Part shown: positions 1-13,274 of the stretch, piece by piece | How the letters are laid out: the number at the start of each line of letters is the position of its first letter | Numbering within the stretch: the first letter of the stretch is position 1 | NCBI GenBank assembly: GCA_951406725.2 | Contig: OX597814.1 | Coordinates: forward strand, 50,468,001-50,532,000 | From: Octopus vulgaris | Lineage: Eukaryota | DNA length: 64,000 nucleotides | Direction of reading: 5' to 3' | The notes under the pieces: model-generated | Told to the model about the DNA's origin: nothing | The model's database searches: none | What the model saw: the letters and a program-made list of their open reading frames with translations, nothing else | Program-made: the position numbers and the translations under genes

Positions 1-222
1 TCTCTGAAGCAAAATAATGGAACTCCATACTTCATAGCGTGCTGCTATCTTAGCTCGCTCCTGTACAAGCAAGTGACCGGCCACCTGGAAAATAAGAAAT
101 AAGACTATAGGACAATTAGAAAAAAAACCATTAGTGTAGTCTGCTTAAAAATGCTTTCGTCATGACATCAGTGACACTAAAAATTCTATAAAGTATTTCT
201 AATGCCTAGTTACTTTCCACCC

Positions 223-264
<42 letters not shown>

Positions 265-2074
265 ACCGTGTCCATGGTTTTCTTCCTCTTTTTCCTTCCT
301 CTTAAATCTCCCTTTATAGATAGATAGATAGATACATACATACATACATACATACATACATACATACATACATACATACATACATACGTATGCACATATG
401 TACGTATATGTCTGTATATTTCGGTATTGTACTTATCTATCACATGACTTATCTAAGACTGCAGATTGAAAATGAAACAGTAACTTCGTGGAAGAGCAAT
501 TTTAGCCTTCTAAAGACACACAAAATCTTTTAAATTCACCTTTTTGTTCTTTTTGACATGTTAAAGTATTCAGACCCACTTGTAATGGGAACTGTGTAAG
601 TGACCAAGTTGCAGGGGAGCTTCGAAAACTTTTATATATCAATACATAGACGGGAACTGTTTGTTTTATATGGGTAATCTTCCAAAGTTATTTTAGATCA
701 TGTAAGATATATTGCTTTTATTTTCGAACCCTTGACACTTCATAAATAAATTCTATTGCTACAAAATATTCAAAAAGTGAATACAATACATTGTGTCAGT
801 TCTTAAACTTTTAATATCTATATATACATATATATGCCCTGTTTTCAATGAGCGTTAAAATTGCCGAATAAATTATGTAGAGTATAGTTATATCTATTCT
901 ATATGTATTCGGCCAGTGCTTTCTACCGATAGTTTAAATTTCATGAATACATGATTTAGGCTGAATAGTTGAATACTCCCTATGATTCAGTCATTGAAAA
1001 ACATTGCAATACTCACCCAAATGTGGGCTTTAAGAGTCCAATAAAGAAAATTGAGTGAACAAGCTCAAACACTAGCCATAACATAAATAATGAGGGAAGG
1101 GAGATAGTTCACAAGCTTAGATAAAACAAGATATTAAAATGTTTGCAAAATGCACTAAGTATAACTCATTCAAACACCATTGGCAAAGCTTCATCTCCAA
1201 TCCTTCTAGCATGTGGTTGTGTTAAGTGTTTTTATGATTTTGTATGTATTTTATATGCGTATGCCTATTTATATAAGTGTGTGGTAAATTTGTAGCGTTT
1301 TCCTTTCACTGATACTTGAAATTAGTATTACGGATGCAGAAACGGCACTTAAAACTACCCTCCTTCTGCAGGTAATATTAAGTGCATCTTATGTACCCAC
1401 AGTGAACAAAAAGAAAGGAATTCCTCACAGAATTTTTGCTTGTTTACTGCACTCATGATATTTTTCTGCTCTGCTGAGGGGCAGATAATTTTCTTCTGTC
1501 ATTCTAGTGAATTTGAGATCGTTTGGATTCTTTGATATGGCACTTATTAGGTCTTCGAAGATTATTTTCGTAATGTTACCGACACATCTTATTAAACACT
1601 TCTTGTGACAAGTAGCTTGTTTTGACTATAGTTTTGTTTAAAAATTTAATGGAGACTATTAAAATAATATAAGCAATTAAGTTAATATTTTTTATGTTCT
1701 GTATGAAGAACGTTCACCGTCTCCACTGCTTAACTCTCAATTTTCGTTCGGATTGTTTCTTGGAATTTTTTTCCTGAAGATAGCTGTAACATTCGGATAT
1801 ATTAAAAACAAAGATACAATATATTATGAAAAGCTATCATAAAAACATATTATGTTCAGTAACTTATAGCAGTTACAGGTTTGGTGGGCATATGACAGCA
1901 ATATGATTTGAGTCTGATGTCAGGTTGAATCAAATTCTTTTCAGATTTTCACCAATGATTTTTGTCAACTTTTATCTTCGTGCTATATCATTAATTTGAT
2001 ATAATTTGTCCAATGATTGCTGAATTGTTTATTCTTTATTCTCATATGTAACTGTTTATTTTACAGCTTTAATA

Positions 2075-3365
2075 ATGCGTGATGCAAAAATTTCAATTAG
2101 AATAATTTTACACAACCTCTGGAAATAGGGCTGAGTGCAAGAGCAGCAACGAAACAAATTAATGATGTGGAAAGCTTGAGAACTGTCAACAAACATGTGA
2201 CACAAAACTGGCTCAGAAGTTTCAAGGAAGTTGACACCAGCCTCGTAATCAAGCATTTAAGGCGGCGAGCTGGCAGAAACGTTAGCTCGCCGGGCAAAAT
2301 TCTTAGCGGTATTTCGTCTGCCGCTACGTTCTGAGTTCAAATTCCGCCGAGGTCGACTTTGCCTTTCATCCTTTCGGGGTCGATTAAATAAGTACCAGTT
2401 ACGCACTAGGGTCGATATAATCGACTTAATCCGTTTGTCTGTCTTTGTTTTCCTCTCTGTGTTTAGCCCCTTGTGGGTAATAAAGAAATAGGTATTTCGT
2501 CTGCCGCTACGTTCCGAGTTCAAATTCCGCCGAGGTCGACTTTGCTTTCATCCCTTCGGGGTCGATTAATAAGTACCAGTTATGCACTGGGGTCGATATA
2601 ATCGACTTAATCCATTTGTCGCCTCTGTGTGTAAAGAAATAAGGTTAGGAAGACCTTGATCCTTCATAAAGTACCATCAATCCACACCTCCATTAATTCG
2701 ACCTTGTGAGCAGACCCTGTCGAAAAGCGCCTCATAAACTGACCAATAACCAGGCTCAACAATGTGTGGACATTTGAAAACAAGCGCTGGCAAATCCTCG
2801 AGTTGCCAGTTTTTGGCGTCGAATTGTAACTGGGGATGAAACATTGATCTATTTTCGTAATCTTAATAAGAGAAATCAGTGGCTTCTTTCCAGTCAGGTT
2901 TCAGAATCTGTTGTCAAACAAAGGTGGTTTGAACAGATATGCTGTGTGCTTGGGGAAATTTCGTGGTGGATGTTGCACTTTGAGCCTGTCCCAGATGGCC
3001 AACCTGTGAATGCTAACTTTTATGCTCAACGACTGGAGCGAGTATGTGATGCTTTGAAGCCCGCTACCTGACAATGGTCAATCAAAGATGCGACCAAGCG
3101 TAAACTTGAAGAGCCTGAGGAGATGGAAGAGTTGCCTTAACCTAGCTACATTCCAGATCTTGCAACATCAGATTATCACTTTTTCCGAGCCATAGCTCAT
3201 TTCTAGCACGGACGGAGGTTCAATAGTGTGGATAAGGTTGAAAACAGATGCATGTTGTTTTTCGCCTGTAAATCAGCCAAATGGTGTAAGCGTAGAATTA
3301 ATTGATCGTCTGCCTCTACGATGACAGCAGACAATAGAATATGGTAGGATATATTTTCATGAATA
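2075..3365 (+). mobile_element. Decayed mariner (DD34D-type) transposase, split by a SINE at 2258-2642
   Basis: Manual translation gives an N-terminal HTH-like segment (IRIILHNLWK*GLSARAATKQINDVESLRTVNKHVTQNWLRSFKEVDTSL). It then gives RRIVTGDETLIY, HFEPVPDGQPVNANFYAQRLERV and LP*PSYIPDLATSDYHFFRAI, matching the mariner YSPDLAPSD motif. Stops and frameshifts are present. Confidence 0.9.
2258..2642 (+). mobile_element. SINE group A, dimeric copy
   Basis: The head GGCGGCGAGCTGGCAGAAAC has A-box-like and B-box-like (GAGTTCAAATTC) motifs. The core GAGGTCGACTTTGCCTTTCATCC...GTACCAGT occurs twice. It matches copies at 35007 and 52504. Confidence 0.9.
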
Positions 3366-4416
3366 AAATGTTTTCGTATTTAATTTGAATTATTAATTAT
3401 AGCTCCTAATACGAACATCTTTGACTCATCTTGGTACACAGATCGCATAAACAATCCTTGTAAAAAGTAGTTTGTACTTGATGCACTATTTTACGTATAT
3501 TATAAGGTATCCATCATGGATATGCCTATCTACCTTCATTTTAGAGTTGCTCAATAATTAAGAATTTGAGTGATTCTGTGTTGAAATAATGCCTCTTGTA
3601 TAATTATCATGTAACTATTGTGAGTTTTTATTGAATAACTTCAATATTAAAGCGATATAGTATGAATGAATTGAATGTGTACCAAACCTTCCTAGACCCT
3701 CCCGAGAAGAGTAAGATCAATACAATTTCAGTACTGCTTGTTGATGTGTAAATCGAAAACTGCAGGATTAAGAATTCTATTGAGCTGACGCACTAGGGAA
3801 GAAAATTGCATATAGCGGTTAGTGCAGGGCCTGGGTATGAGCATTGTGACGGGTGGTGGAGAAACAAGATTATTGTTTCAGGAGTATTTCAGTGCAATGT
3901 GAAGCGATATCGTTGTTGGAGTTATCATCGGATGATAAATGAGGTATTTCCTTTTCTCTCTTTTACATTTTGTTGTGATTCTAAAAAAGCTTAAATCAAT
4001 CTTTAGTGTTTTATATTGCAAATTTGTATGTCAGTTTCGTGCTGTGGTGCTCTTATCATTTTGATATTCAGTTTGCAGTCCTCTCCTCTGTTTTGTGCGA
4101 AATTATCGCTCTTAAATTTTAGTCATGCTCAGTGTCGATACGAAAGTGAGTTTGTTTGCCCTTTTTGTGCGTCCTTTTCGTCACTCGAGTGATGATCCAC
4201 TTGTGACCATCCTGACAGGTTTTGGCAAGTATTCTCCAGAAGTACATTGTTTAAGATCTCCTTTCATACTAATTTAATATGTTGCCTCTGTGTGTACATG
4301 CACACACACACACAGATATATATACATACTTACATATATAAATATTTATACATATATATATATTCACACACATATGTATATATGTACATATATACATACA
4401 TATGTATATATATATG

Positions 4417-4521
<105 letters not shown>

Positions 4522-4542
4522 CTATCTATTTATCTATATATC

Positions 4543-4577
<35 letters not shown>

Positions 4578-4753
4578 CTTTTATCTTTTTATCTTTTACT
4601 TGTTTCAGTCATTTGACTGCGGCCATGCTGGAGCACCGCCTTTAGTCGAGCAAATCGACCCCGGGACTTATTCTATGTAAGCCCAGTATTTATTCTATCG
4701 GTCTCTTTTTGCCGAACCGCTGAGTGACGGGGGACGTAAACACACCAGCATCG

Positions 4754-4755
<2 letters not shown>
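4578..4755 (-). mobile_element. SINE group C, 3' half
   Basis: Reverse complement of the 3' part of the full copy at 32625-33062 (GGCGGTGCTCCAGCATGGCCGCAGTC...GACTGAAACAAGTAAAAGA). Confidence 0.85.
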
Positions 4756-4816
<61 letters not shown>

Positions 4817-5158
4817 CTTATTTTGATCATTCATTTTTCTTGTCAAATAAACACATGCAATAAGTATTCGTTCTCCACTCGGTTATTATTTTTCTTATAT
4901 AATCTTATATCCATTGTCTGGAAATATTTTATCACACATCAGTGGCTTCTTCAGCGACCATTTCCATCCACATGTATCCTCCTACTCCACCTAGTCCAAT
5001 AATAAACGTGTGAAGAACGAATATATAGTGCGCGTGTTTATGTTGCAAAAGCACGAAAATGATCATCCCGAATTATAACAATATCTGTTTCAACATACAA
5101 TTTCACATTAAGAATCTTGCAAAAAAACTCATAGACATGGGTATACAGATACATACAA

Positions 5159-5255
<97 letters not shown>

Positions 5256-5374
5256 AGATTCAGATGAACATGGTACTTAAAGTTGAGGCACCAGAATTTA
5301 GTACGGTATTATCCATACAATTTCAAAATAAGGTGATTAAAATCAAAATAAGCAACAAGGATATCCAGAGGCAA

Positions 5375-5467
5375 TGCAGTACGATCGTTTCATGAAATTC
5401 CATTTAATTGAACAATGCAATCATTTCAATTACATCAATTTAAAATATAGACCAATCTTCAGTTGCA
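5375..5467 (-). ncRNA. Type I hammerhead ribozyme-like motif (inverted copy)
   Basis: The minus strand reads tgcaa-CTGAAGA-[long stem II]-GAAA-cgatcg-TA-ctgca, with one mismatch at the base of stem I. Confidence 0.55.
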
Positions 5468-6009
5468 CAAACACATATAATTTAGTTAAATTAGGACATA
5501 TTAGTATAATTTTACTTAAAATCAATAAGAGATTTTACAACATCATAGTTGTAACTGAAATTTTTTTCAAGAAGACACTGCCTGTCACTGATTTTTCTGT
5601 TATTGTGTTTTTTACGGGGTCAGTTTTAATTTATAGACTAGTATATAAAATCCTTTGTGTATTTAAGGCTGATATATATATATTCTTATTTTGATTCTAA
5701 ATATTGACATTCTAAATAGTATAGTCGTAAAATCAAGATTTATTTGAAGTAATTTCATGAGGTTTAATAAGAGAAAAGTTAAACAAGATGTTAGCTGATA
5801 ATTAAGGGATCACTCACTAGCAGACCATTGCTAATGGGACGGGGGAAGTCTTGTCATGTAGCACTACAGTTTACTACTATAAAACAATGCTGCTATATTG
5901 TATACAGATTAAGTTTAGGGTTATTCAAAAACATGTTTTTTGTCTATGGAGATTTTAGGTAAAATTATACTAATGTGTCCTTCTAATATAATTAAATTCT
6001 ATGTCTTTG

Positions 6010-6102
6010 TGCAGCTGAAGATTGCTCTACATTTTAAATTGATGTAATTGAAATGATTTCATTGTTCAATTAAATAGAGTTGCATGAAACGATCGTACTG
6101 CA
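6010..6102 (+). ncRNA. Type I hammerhead ribozyme-like motif
   Basis: Stem I TGCAG (6010-14) pairs with CTGCA (6098-6102). The core is CTGAAGA (6015-21) and GAAA (6086-89). Stem III is the palindrome ACGATCGT and the triplet is GUA. The base of stem II is a non-canonical U/U. Confidence 0.65.
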
Positions 6103-6656
6103 TTACCTCTGAATATCTTAGTTGCTTATTTTGTTAATTAGTTTAGTAATCAAGCAGTGAAAAGCACGAGGTTATCCTGATAATTTAAGCTGAAATCCTT
6201 TCCAATTTATGTGAGACGCAAATATCGGTGAAGAACTCTTATTATTTTATTTGACTGCTTTACCCATCTCTTGTCTCGTAAAATTCAGGCTGATTGTTCG
6301 AATTCTAGTAGAAAAAGGCAGGTGTGAAAATCCTAAAGAAACGCGTTTACGTCAACAATTCCAATTGACTCTCTCCCATAAAATTATAGCATGTTCAAAC
6401 TACATCGAAAAAAATTCATATTAGTGTTTTAGCCGATATTGTTATGTTTTCATCATTACGGGGTCAATAAAATGAAATACCAGTCAAGCACAGGAATTGA
6501 TGTAATCCACTTACCTCTCGCTACCAGTCATTGCTGGGCTTGTACCAAAATTAGAAAGATTACAGTCGGAATTATAATTACTGACAGGAGAGATTTTCTC
6601 CAGTAGATTTAATAAGCACACACACAGCGCGCGCGCGCGCGTACACACATGTACTT

Positions 6657-6701
<45 letters not shown>

Positions 6702-6987
6702 TAATGCATGTGGATATACATGTACGTTTATGTTTATACATTTGCGTGAGTCTTGCATGACTCTTAAAAAAAACAAAACACAAATATTTTCATTAGGTGA
6801 AATATAATAAAACTTATTCTTAAATCATACAACATGCAGAGTGTGTCGCGCGCGCGCGTATGTATATATGTAGATATATATACATATGTGTGTGTGTGTG
6901 TATATATATATATGTATATATACACATATATATATGCATATATATAAATATATTTATATACAAACATATAAGTATATATATATATAC

Positions 6988-7156
6988 TCTTTACTCTTTT
7001 ACTTGTTTCAGTCATTTGACTGTGATCATGCTGGAGCACCGCTTTTAGTCGGGCAAATCGACCCCAGGACATATTCTTTGTAAGCCTAGTACTTATTCTA
7101 TCGGTCTCTTTTGCCTAACTGCTAAGCTACGGCGACGTAAACACACCAACATCGGT
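6988..7156 (-). mobile_element. SINE group C, 3' half
   Basis: Near-identical to 4578-4755. Confidence 0.85.
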
Positions 7157-7689
7157 GCATATATATATATACATATAAGCATTTTTACGTATGTATATAC
7201 ACATAGATGTGTACACATACATATACATGCACAAATATATATAAATATCTGTCTGTGTCAACTGATTTTTATACGGACACATATAAGTATATATTTTTTA
7301 ATGATATTCCTATTGTTCGTATGCAAATTAGCTACGAAGTATGCATGCTTACGTGTTGTATACTTAATTACATACATATAGCCATGTATATGTCGACTTA
7401 TATATGTGATCAAATTTATATTTGATAGCTTTACACTTACAAACAGATATTTTGGTAATCGTTATAATTTGCGCCTATGTATAATGTTGTGTATGAGTTA
7501 CTTCGTGTAAGTATATGCTTATAAGATTTCACATGTGGGCATGCGCTTGAATGTATAATAGGAAAGAATGTCTGTATGCAAGTAGGGATACAAACAAGCA
7601 CACATGCGTGCTCACTTCCATATTAGTACTCATGTTCTAGCTCCATGCATATACTAGCACATATATACACATGGGTGCGTGATTACTGC

Positions 7690-7822
7690 ATACAAACATG
7701 TATATATATATGTGTGTGTGTGTGTGTGTATACATACACAAACACACACACACACACATACACACACGCACATATATATATGTGTATATGTATATATATG
7801 TGTGTGTGTGTGTGTGTGTATG

Positions 7823-7854
<32 letters not shown>

Positions 7855-7976
7855 CGTATATATATATATATATGTAGAAAGATAGATAGATAGATAGATA
7901 GATGTGTGTGTATGTTTATATATATATAAACACACACACGAATATATATACATATACGAATACATATATATGTATG

Positions 7977-8052
<76 letters not shown>

Positions 8053-8126
8053 CATGTGTATGTATATTCGTTATGTATGCGTGTATGTATTTATGCATAT
8101 ATCTACGTGTTATGTATATACATATT

Positions 8127-8184
<58 letters not shown>

Positions 8185-8185
8185 C
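7690..8185. repeat. Compound (TA)/(TG)/(CA)/(TAGA) microsatellite field, representative of dozens across the window
   Basis: Directly visible. It accounts for the [12 protein letters not shown] ORFs in the ORF track. Confidence 0.95.
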
Positions 8186-8804
8186 AGACATACACTCTAC
8201 TCAGATATTCTTATAAATATTCAACATTCACCATGACGTTAGTGAGAATTATATTAACATTATCACGGCTCTCAGAGATGGCTGGAAATTTGTTTTGTTT
8301 TCGGCGACGACAACGGAATCGCAACATTTCCAATTCTCAGTCATAACACATGACAATTCCCCCCAGGCCTCTGAGATAAGCTCATATATTGCTCCGAAGC
8401 TCCGTGTATTGTCTTTTTCTGAGGAGGAAAGGAGAGAAATGTGTCGAAACTATAGAAATATCTCTTTACATTCTGAGATGTGTAGCACTCTATATGTACG
8501 CGTTTGTATGTAGGCAAATGCACTGGCACTCATGTCAACTCATACACAGATAGACATACGTACATATAAGTCCATGTACGTATATTTAAATGTATACAGC
8601 ACGGCGGTTACACAAACGATCAGACGTAAAGTAACTCTTTTTCAAAAAGAAGCAACAGCAACGAATACCCGCCATGATTACTATGTGTACCCTACATTTG
8701 CAAGAACACTGTGGATCCCGAATCGTTTTTCCACACGCATGCGCGCTCAGCTCCGGTAACGATAAACGATTGAGAAGAAACGTGTTTAATATATGCGTAG
8801 TTAT

Positions 8805-9125
8805 AAGGCGGAAAGCTTGCTGAATCTCTAGCACGCTGGGCGTTTCGTCCACCTTGAACAGCATTTCGTCCCCACCTAGTAGCATTTGGTCCCCACCTAG
8901 TAGCATTTGGTCCCCGCCTAGTAGCATTTCGTCCCGACGTAGTATCATTTCGTCCCCACCTAGTATAATTTCGTCCCCATTAGGTTCAAATTCCGTCGAG
9001 TTCCACTTAGCTTTTCATCGTTTTGGGGTCGATAAAATAAGTACCAGTTGAACACTGGGGCCGATGTAATCGACTCATTCCCTCCCCCAAAATTGCTGCC
9101 ATTGTGGCAAAATTTTAAACAAAAT
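8805..9125 (+). mobile_element. SINE group A (tail type 2) containing an internal 21-bp minisatellite
   Basis: The head AAGGCGGAAAGCTTGCTGAATC is followed by six 21-bp units at 8860-8983, then GTTCAAATTCCG and the group A core. Confidence 0.8.
8860..8983 (+). repeat. Minisatellite, about 6 x 21 bp (AGCATTTCGTCCCCACCTAGT)
   Basis: Head-to-tail units with no spacers. Confidence 0.9.
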
Positions 9126-9144
9126 TATTATTATTAGTAGTAGT

Positions 9145-9509
<365 letters not shown>

Positions 9510-10639
9510 CGTTCATTCTATTGTCGATGCTATTTCCTTTAATTCATAGCACTAATCTTTACATGTGAAAAACGTGTAAGTTGCCATTTCCCCAAATTCC
9601 TCGTTCACAATATAAAGCTCGCATGCTGGAAGGAAAGTAAACCAGTATAGTTGCATATATTAAATGAGAAAATGTCTACAGAAAATAACACATGACAAAG
9701 TGATATATACAAGAATATATCACACCATTCTGATGTCTTCGATGTGTTTCTGTTCTACCAATATCTAGCCAAATGTAGCTCATCATTACCTTTCGAGCAC
9801 AGAAACCGATATACAAGGGATGAGTGTGTACCAGTCCTGTACGATATCTAACTTCATCATGCTTAAGCTCATTTCATTCACAGAATTAGAGACAAAAAAC
9901 TTTTATGGTTCATAAACTAGATAATTGATTTATTAATAAGACTGGCTTTTCAAGTCTATTTGCATGTATTTATTGATCATGAATGTTTTTTTTAAAAACT
10001 ATACTAGCTGAATGGTATTTTTTTAAATTACATTTATAAATTGACCATGTTTCAAAAACAATATAGCATTATATTTTAAAAGTTACGTCTCTTTATAGTC
10101 TTCAGTTCGAATCACATCGAGTAAGGCGTTGTCTTTCTTATTCTCGGGTTCGATAAAGTAGCACTCAGTTAATTGATTGCTCCTAGCGAATCTTGAACAA
10201 ACCAATGATCGTAACGCCTCAAATATGACCATTTTGTCTTTTCAGGAGTACATTATCCAACGTTTTGGAGGCTTTTTTTCTATTCCTTTTTTGAGACAGT
10301 AGAGTATAAGTTGAGTGGAATTTGGTTGTTATTTTTGCAAATCGAGCGGACATGGAAAGACTCAGAATATGAGGATTTATAATTGTAGGTGACAGCTTTT
10401 CATCTTTGAGATGTATTTTACAACGGGAAATATACAAGGAGTAAGATAGTTATTGCATCTGTAACTTTTGATACAAGAACACAACATTGGTTTCTATATA
10501 GACACAAGGCCACAAAATTTAAAGGAGAATATATTGACCAGCGCTTCTCAAAGTGGTCAAACCACTGTCTTGGGAAGGGATGGAAAACTATTTTTATGGG
10601 TACTGGGGATAAAGGGATCAGTAATTCGCATTTGTAAGA

Positions 10640-11450
10640 ATTGATTTGACATTACCAAGCAAACAACATTCCTTTTCATTTCGCCATTGTTTTTTCTGCC
10701 TTTTCAGTTGACTCACGGCTAAGCCTGGTATGAGCTGTGGCTCGTTAATATAAAGTCTGCAGTTAATAACGATGCTCCATTTGAGAGTGTGTGTTACATT
10801 TGATGGTGTGATAGCATTGTGCTTTTCTTTGTTTCCGCGCTTGAAAGAAAACTCTTCTTGATGTTTCTTTCGCAGAGTTTAATATATTTTTGTTTCAGTT
10901 TACTTATTTGACAAAACGAAGCTGACCTTGTCTTCCTAGATGACTGAACTAATTATGTATGCTTGATCTAATGTCTAGATTCCTACTGTTGCAGTTTGGA
11001 GTGGTCATATTGGATGGCTTACATGAATTGAAATTTTTCATATTAGGGTCGCAGCTGTCGGAAACTTTCACCGAACGTCTTTTGAAGATTTTATCCTTGG
11101 TTATGACCATCGTGGAAGTGTTTAACTATCAACGCCAGGAATTTTTTCACCAACGTTTGTCCAAGCATTAAAAAAATAGAGGGGGAACGAACCATATAAC
11201 TCATCTGGGGCCATTTTTTTAGGCTTGCTTCTTCTTTGGCTCGGAGTGTAGGTTATCTTCTCTTTAAAGCTACAGTCGGTTTGTGCGGAATTATTATAGC
11301 AAGATACCTTATCGAAAATTTCTTTTGAGAAAGGAAGACTAGATATCCTATCACCAGAGTTAACTATAAGACTTTTAGAATCTCTAACCTGACTAACTCT
11401 AGAGAAATTCTCAATAAAGCAGTCTCTTATTGGAAAATGTCCACTCCCCA
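10640..11450 (-). mobile_element. Decayed Penelope-like element (RT C-terminus, linker and GIY-YIG region)
   Basis: Across frameshifts it reads RISSLPFSKEIFDK, IWFVPP, TNVGEKFLALIVKHF, KIFKRRSVKVSDSCDPNMK, KYIKLCERNIK and HTLKWSIV. These parallel the Penelope IWFNPP/TNIGKKFL/VKVSYSCMPN/YIG/IKWSI motifs. Confidence 0.8.
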
Positions 11451-11854
11451 AATTAGATACCCAATAGTTTAGTCTTTAAACCATCTGACTATCTCGATCA
11501 CTAAGTATAGATTTTTTTAAGGTAGACACTCAGCTTAACAATATTCTTTGTTTAACAGGATAAGGGGACGTAACATTTATCCCCCTTTCCCTTAGAAGGT
11601 TTCATAACGTTTCCTTTTCATTCTCTTTTTTTGTCGATATTTTTCTTGCATTTCCTCACGGAGAAACCGTGTCGTTTGAGTCTGAATAATTACCAGCGCT
11701 TGCAAAGTATGCTGTATAAGTTTGTATGATTACCGCATTATCCAAACATAAAACTTGAAGTAGCTCATGCATAATTCCTATATTTATTAAATGATATATA
11801 CATAATACATACACACATGCACACACAACATACATGTATATACATATATCTATA

Positions 11855-11908
<54 letters not shown>

Positions 11909-12025
11909 TGTACGTGTACATATATGTCTCTGTGTTTATACTTGTGTATTATAAGTACGTATGTGTGTATGTGCGTGTGTATGTATATATGTATGTATGT
12001 ATGTATGTACGTACGTATGTATATA

Positions 12026-12421
12026 TCTTTATATATAAAAGTAAGCTTGTGTGTCTGTCTCCTACGATTTAGATTCCTAACTACTCCCACATTTTGCGGT
12101 GCAGTTTAACCAAAACCGGGTATCTTATAGTCGTGATTCATATCGAGCCCTTCTGGGTATTAGCGCGCGTCTACGATGAGTCTACGATTTTAAAAATAAT
12201 TTACCATCATCTTTTTCCATTTTAATGCATTTTTTCGCTATTATATAAGGGAAGTAACTCTCTAAAAATGTCTACGATGAGTCAACGATTTTTAAAAAAA
12301 ATTTCCCATAATTTTTTTCCATTTTTAATGCATTTTTTGCTATTTTTTGGCTATAACTCTCTAAAAATGCTTTATAGTTATTTCCCTTACAAACCCGAGC
12401 AACACCGGGCGATACTGCTAG
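12026..12421 (+). mobile_element. Non-autonomous Helitron
   Basis: It starts with TC after an A. It ends with the hairpin CCCGagcaacacCGGG and then CTAG (12418-21) before a T, with no TSD. An internal ~100-bp direct duplication is present. Confidence 0.85.
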
Positions 12422-13235
12422 TATATGTATATATTTTACTAGTGTATATGTCTTTGAGTTAGAAAATTGGGAAAAGAAAACAGAAAATTAGTGGAATAGA
12501 TTATCAGGGAAAGTTTTACACAAATTTACTGTAACACCAACTTATTCACTTGCAATCCCTGTATGCATTTCTGTTTGTTCTTCTCTCTCTTTCTCTCTCT
12601 CTCTCCCTTTCTCTTTCTCTCTCTGTATCAAAGCCTGTCTTTTCTCATTCAATCGTTACCATAAACTCCCTTTCCTCTCTCTGTAGGCCTTACCTTTTTT
12701 CTTTTCTTTTCTTTGTCTATAAATCTATATTTTCCCTCCCAATTCCTCTTCTCTCTCCTTCTTTCGACTCCCTCTTTCTAGCTCTCACTCCCCACTGCTC
12801 TTACTTTCTCTCACTGATTTAGTCTCTATTTCCATTCCTCTCTTGTTTCTCTCTAATTCTCACTCCCTTTCTTGTTGTCAATTATTTAAATTCTTCACCA
12901 AAGATATTTGCTCTCCCATACAGCAATGGCATCAGTTAAGATATATCAATTATTTTTGATGTTCCTTGGCAAAACCACTGGACACTGGCCATTAATTCAC
13001 TCTATCCTCCCCCACCATTCCCTGCTTTCCTTCCCTATCTCGGCTCTGTTTCTTCCTTTTTTCTCTTTCATTCAGACTCTACCCACAAATATCACGACTC
13101 TGGAGAAATCCACGCAACAAAAACATTTGCAAGCGTAGATAAAGCAGGATAAAAATTTAATTCGTTGCTATTTCAGAACCGTGTGAGAAGGTTCAATAGA
13201 ATTCGCAGCTTTCATACATGTATATAAGCTGCACT

Positions 13236-13274
<39 letters not shown>

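Larger units (their letters stand above)
5344..6133. repeat. Long inverted repeat with ~180-bp arms (5344-5524 and 5951-6133) and a ~425-bp spacer; probably Penelope pseudo-LTR remnants
   Basis: The arms align by eye as reverse complements with scattered mismatches. Each arm contains a hammerhead core. Confidence 0.85.

Noticed and set aside
6505-6520. Strong minus-strand splice donor (GAG|GTAAGT)
   Set aside because: It lies in a decayed SINE A tail, and no matching acceptor or exon was identified.
8860-8983. CRISPR-like regular repeats
   Set aside because: There are no unique spacers and no cas genes, and the context is eukaryotic; it is a minisatellite.
10539-10960. hAT/Charlie transposon (TIR-like CAGCGCTTCTCAAAGTGG)
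   Set aside because: No partner TIR or TSD was found, and the adjacent coding remnants fit Penelope GIY-YIG better.
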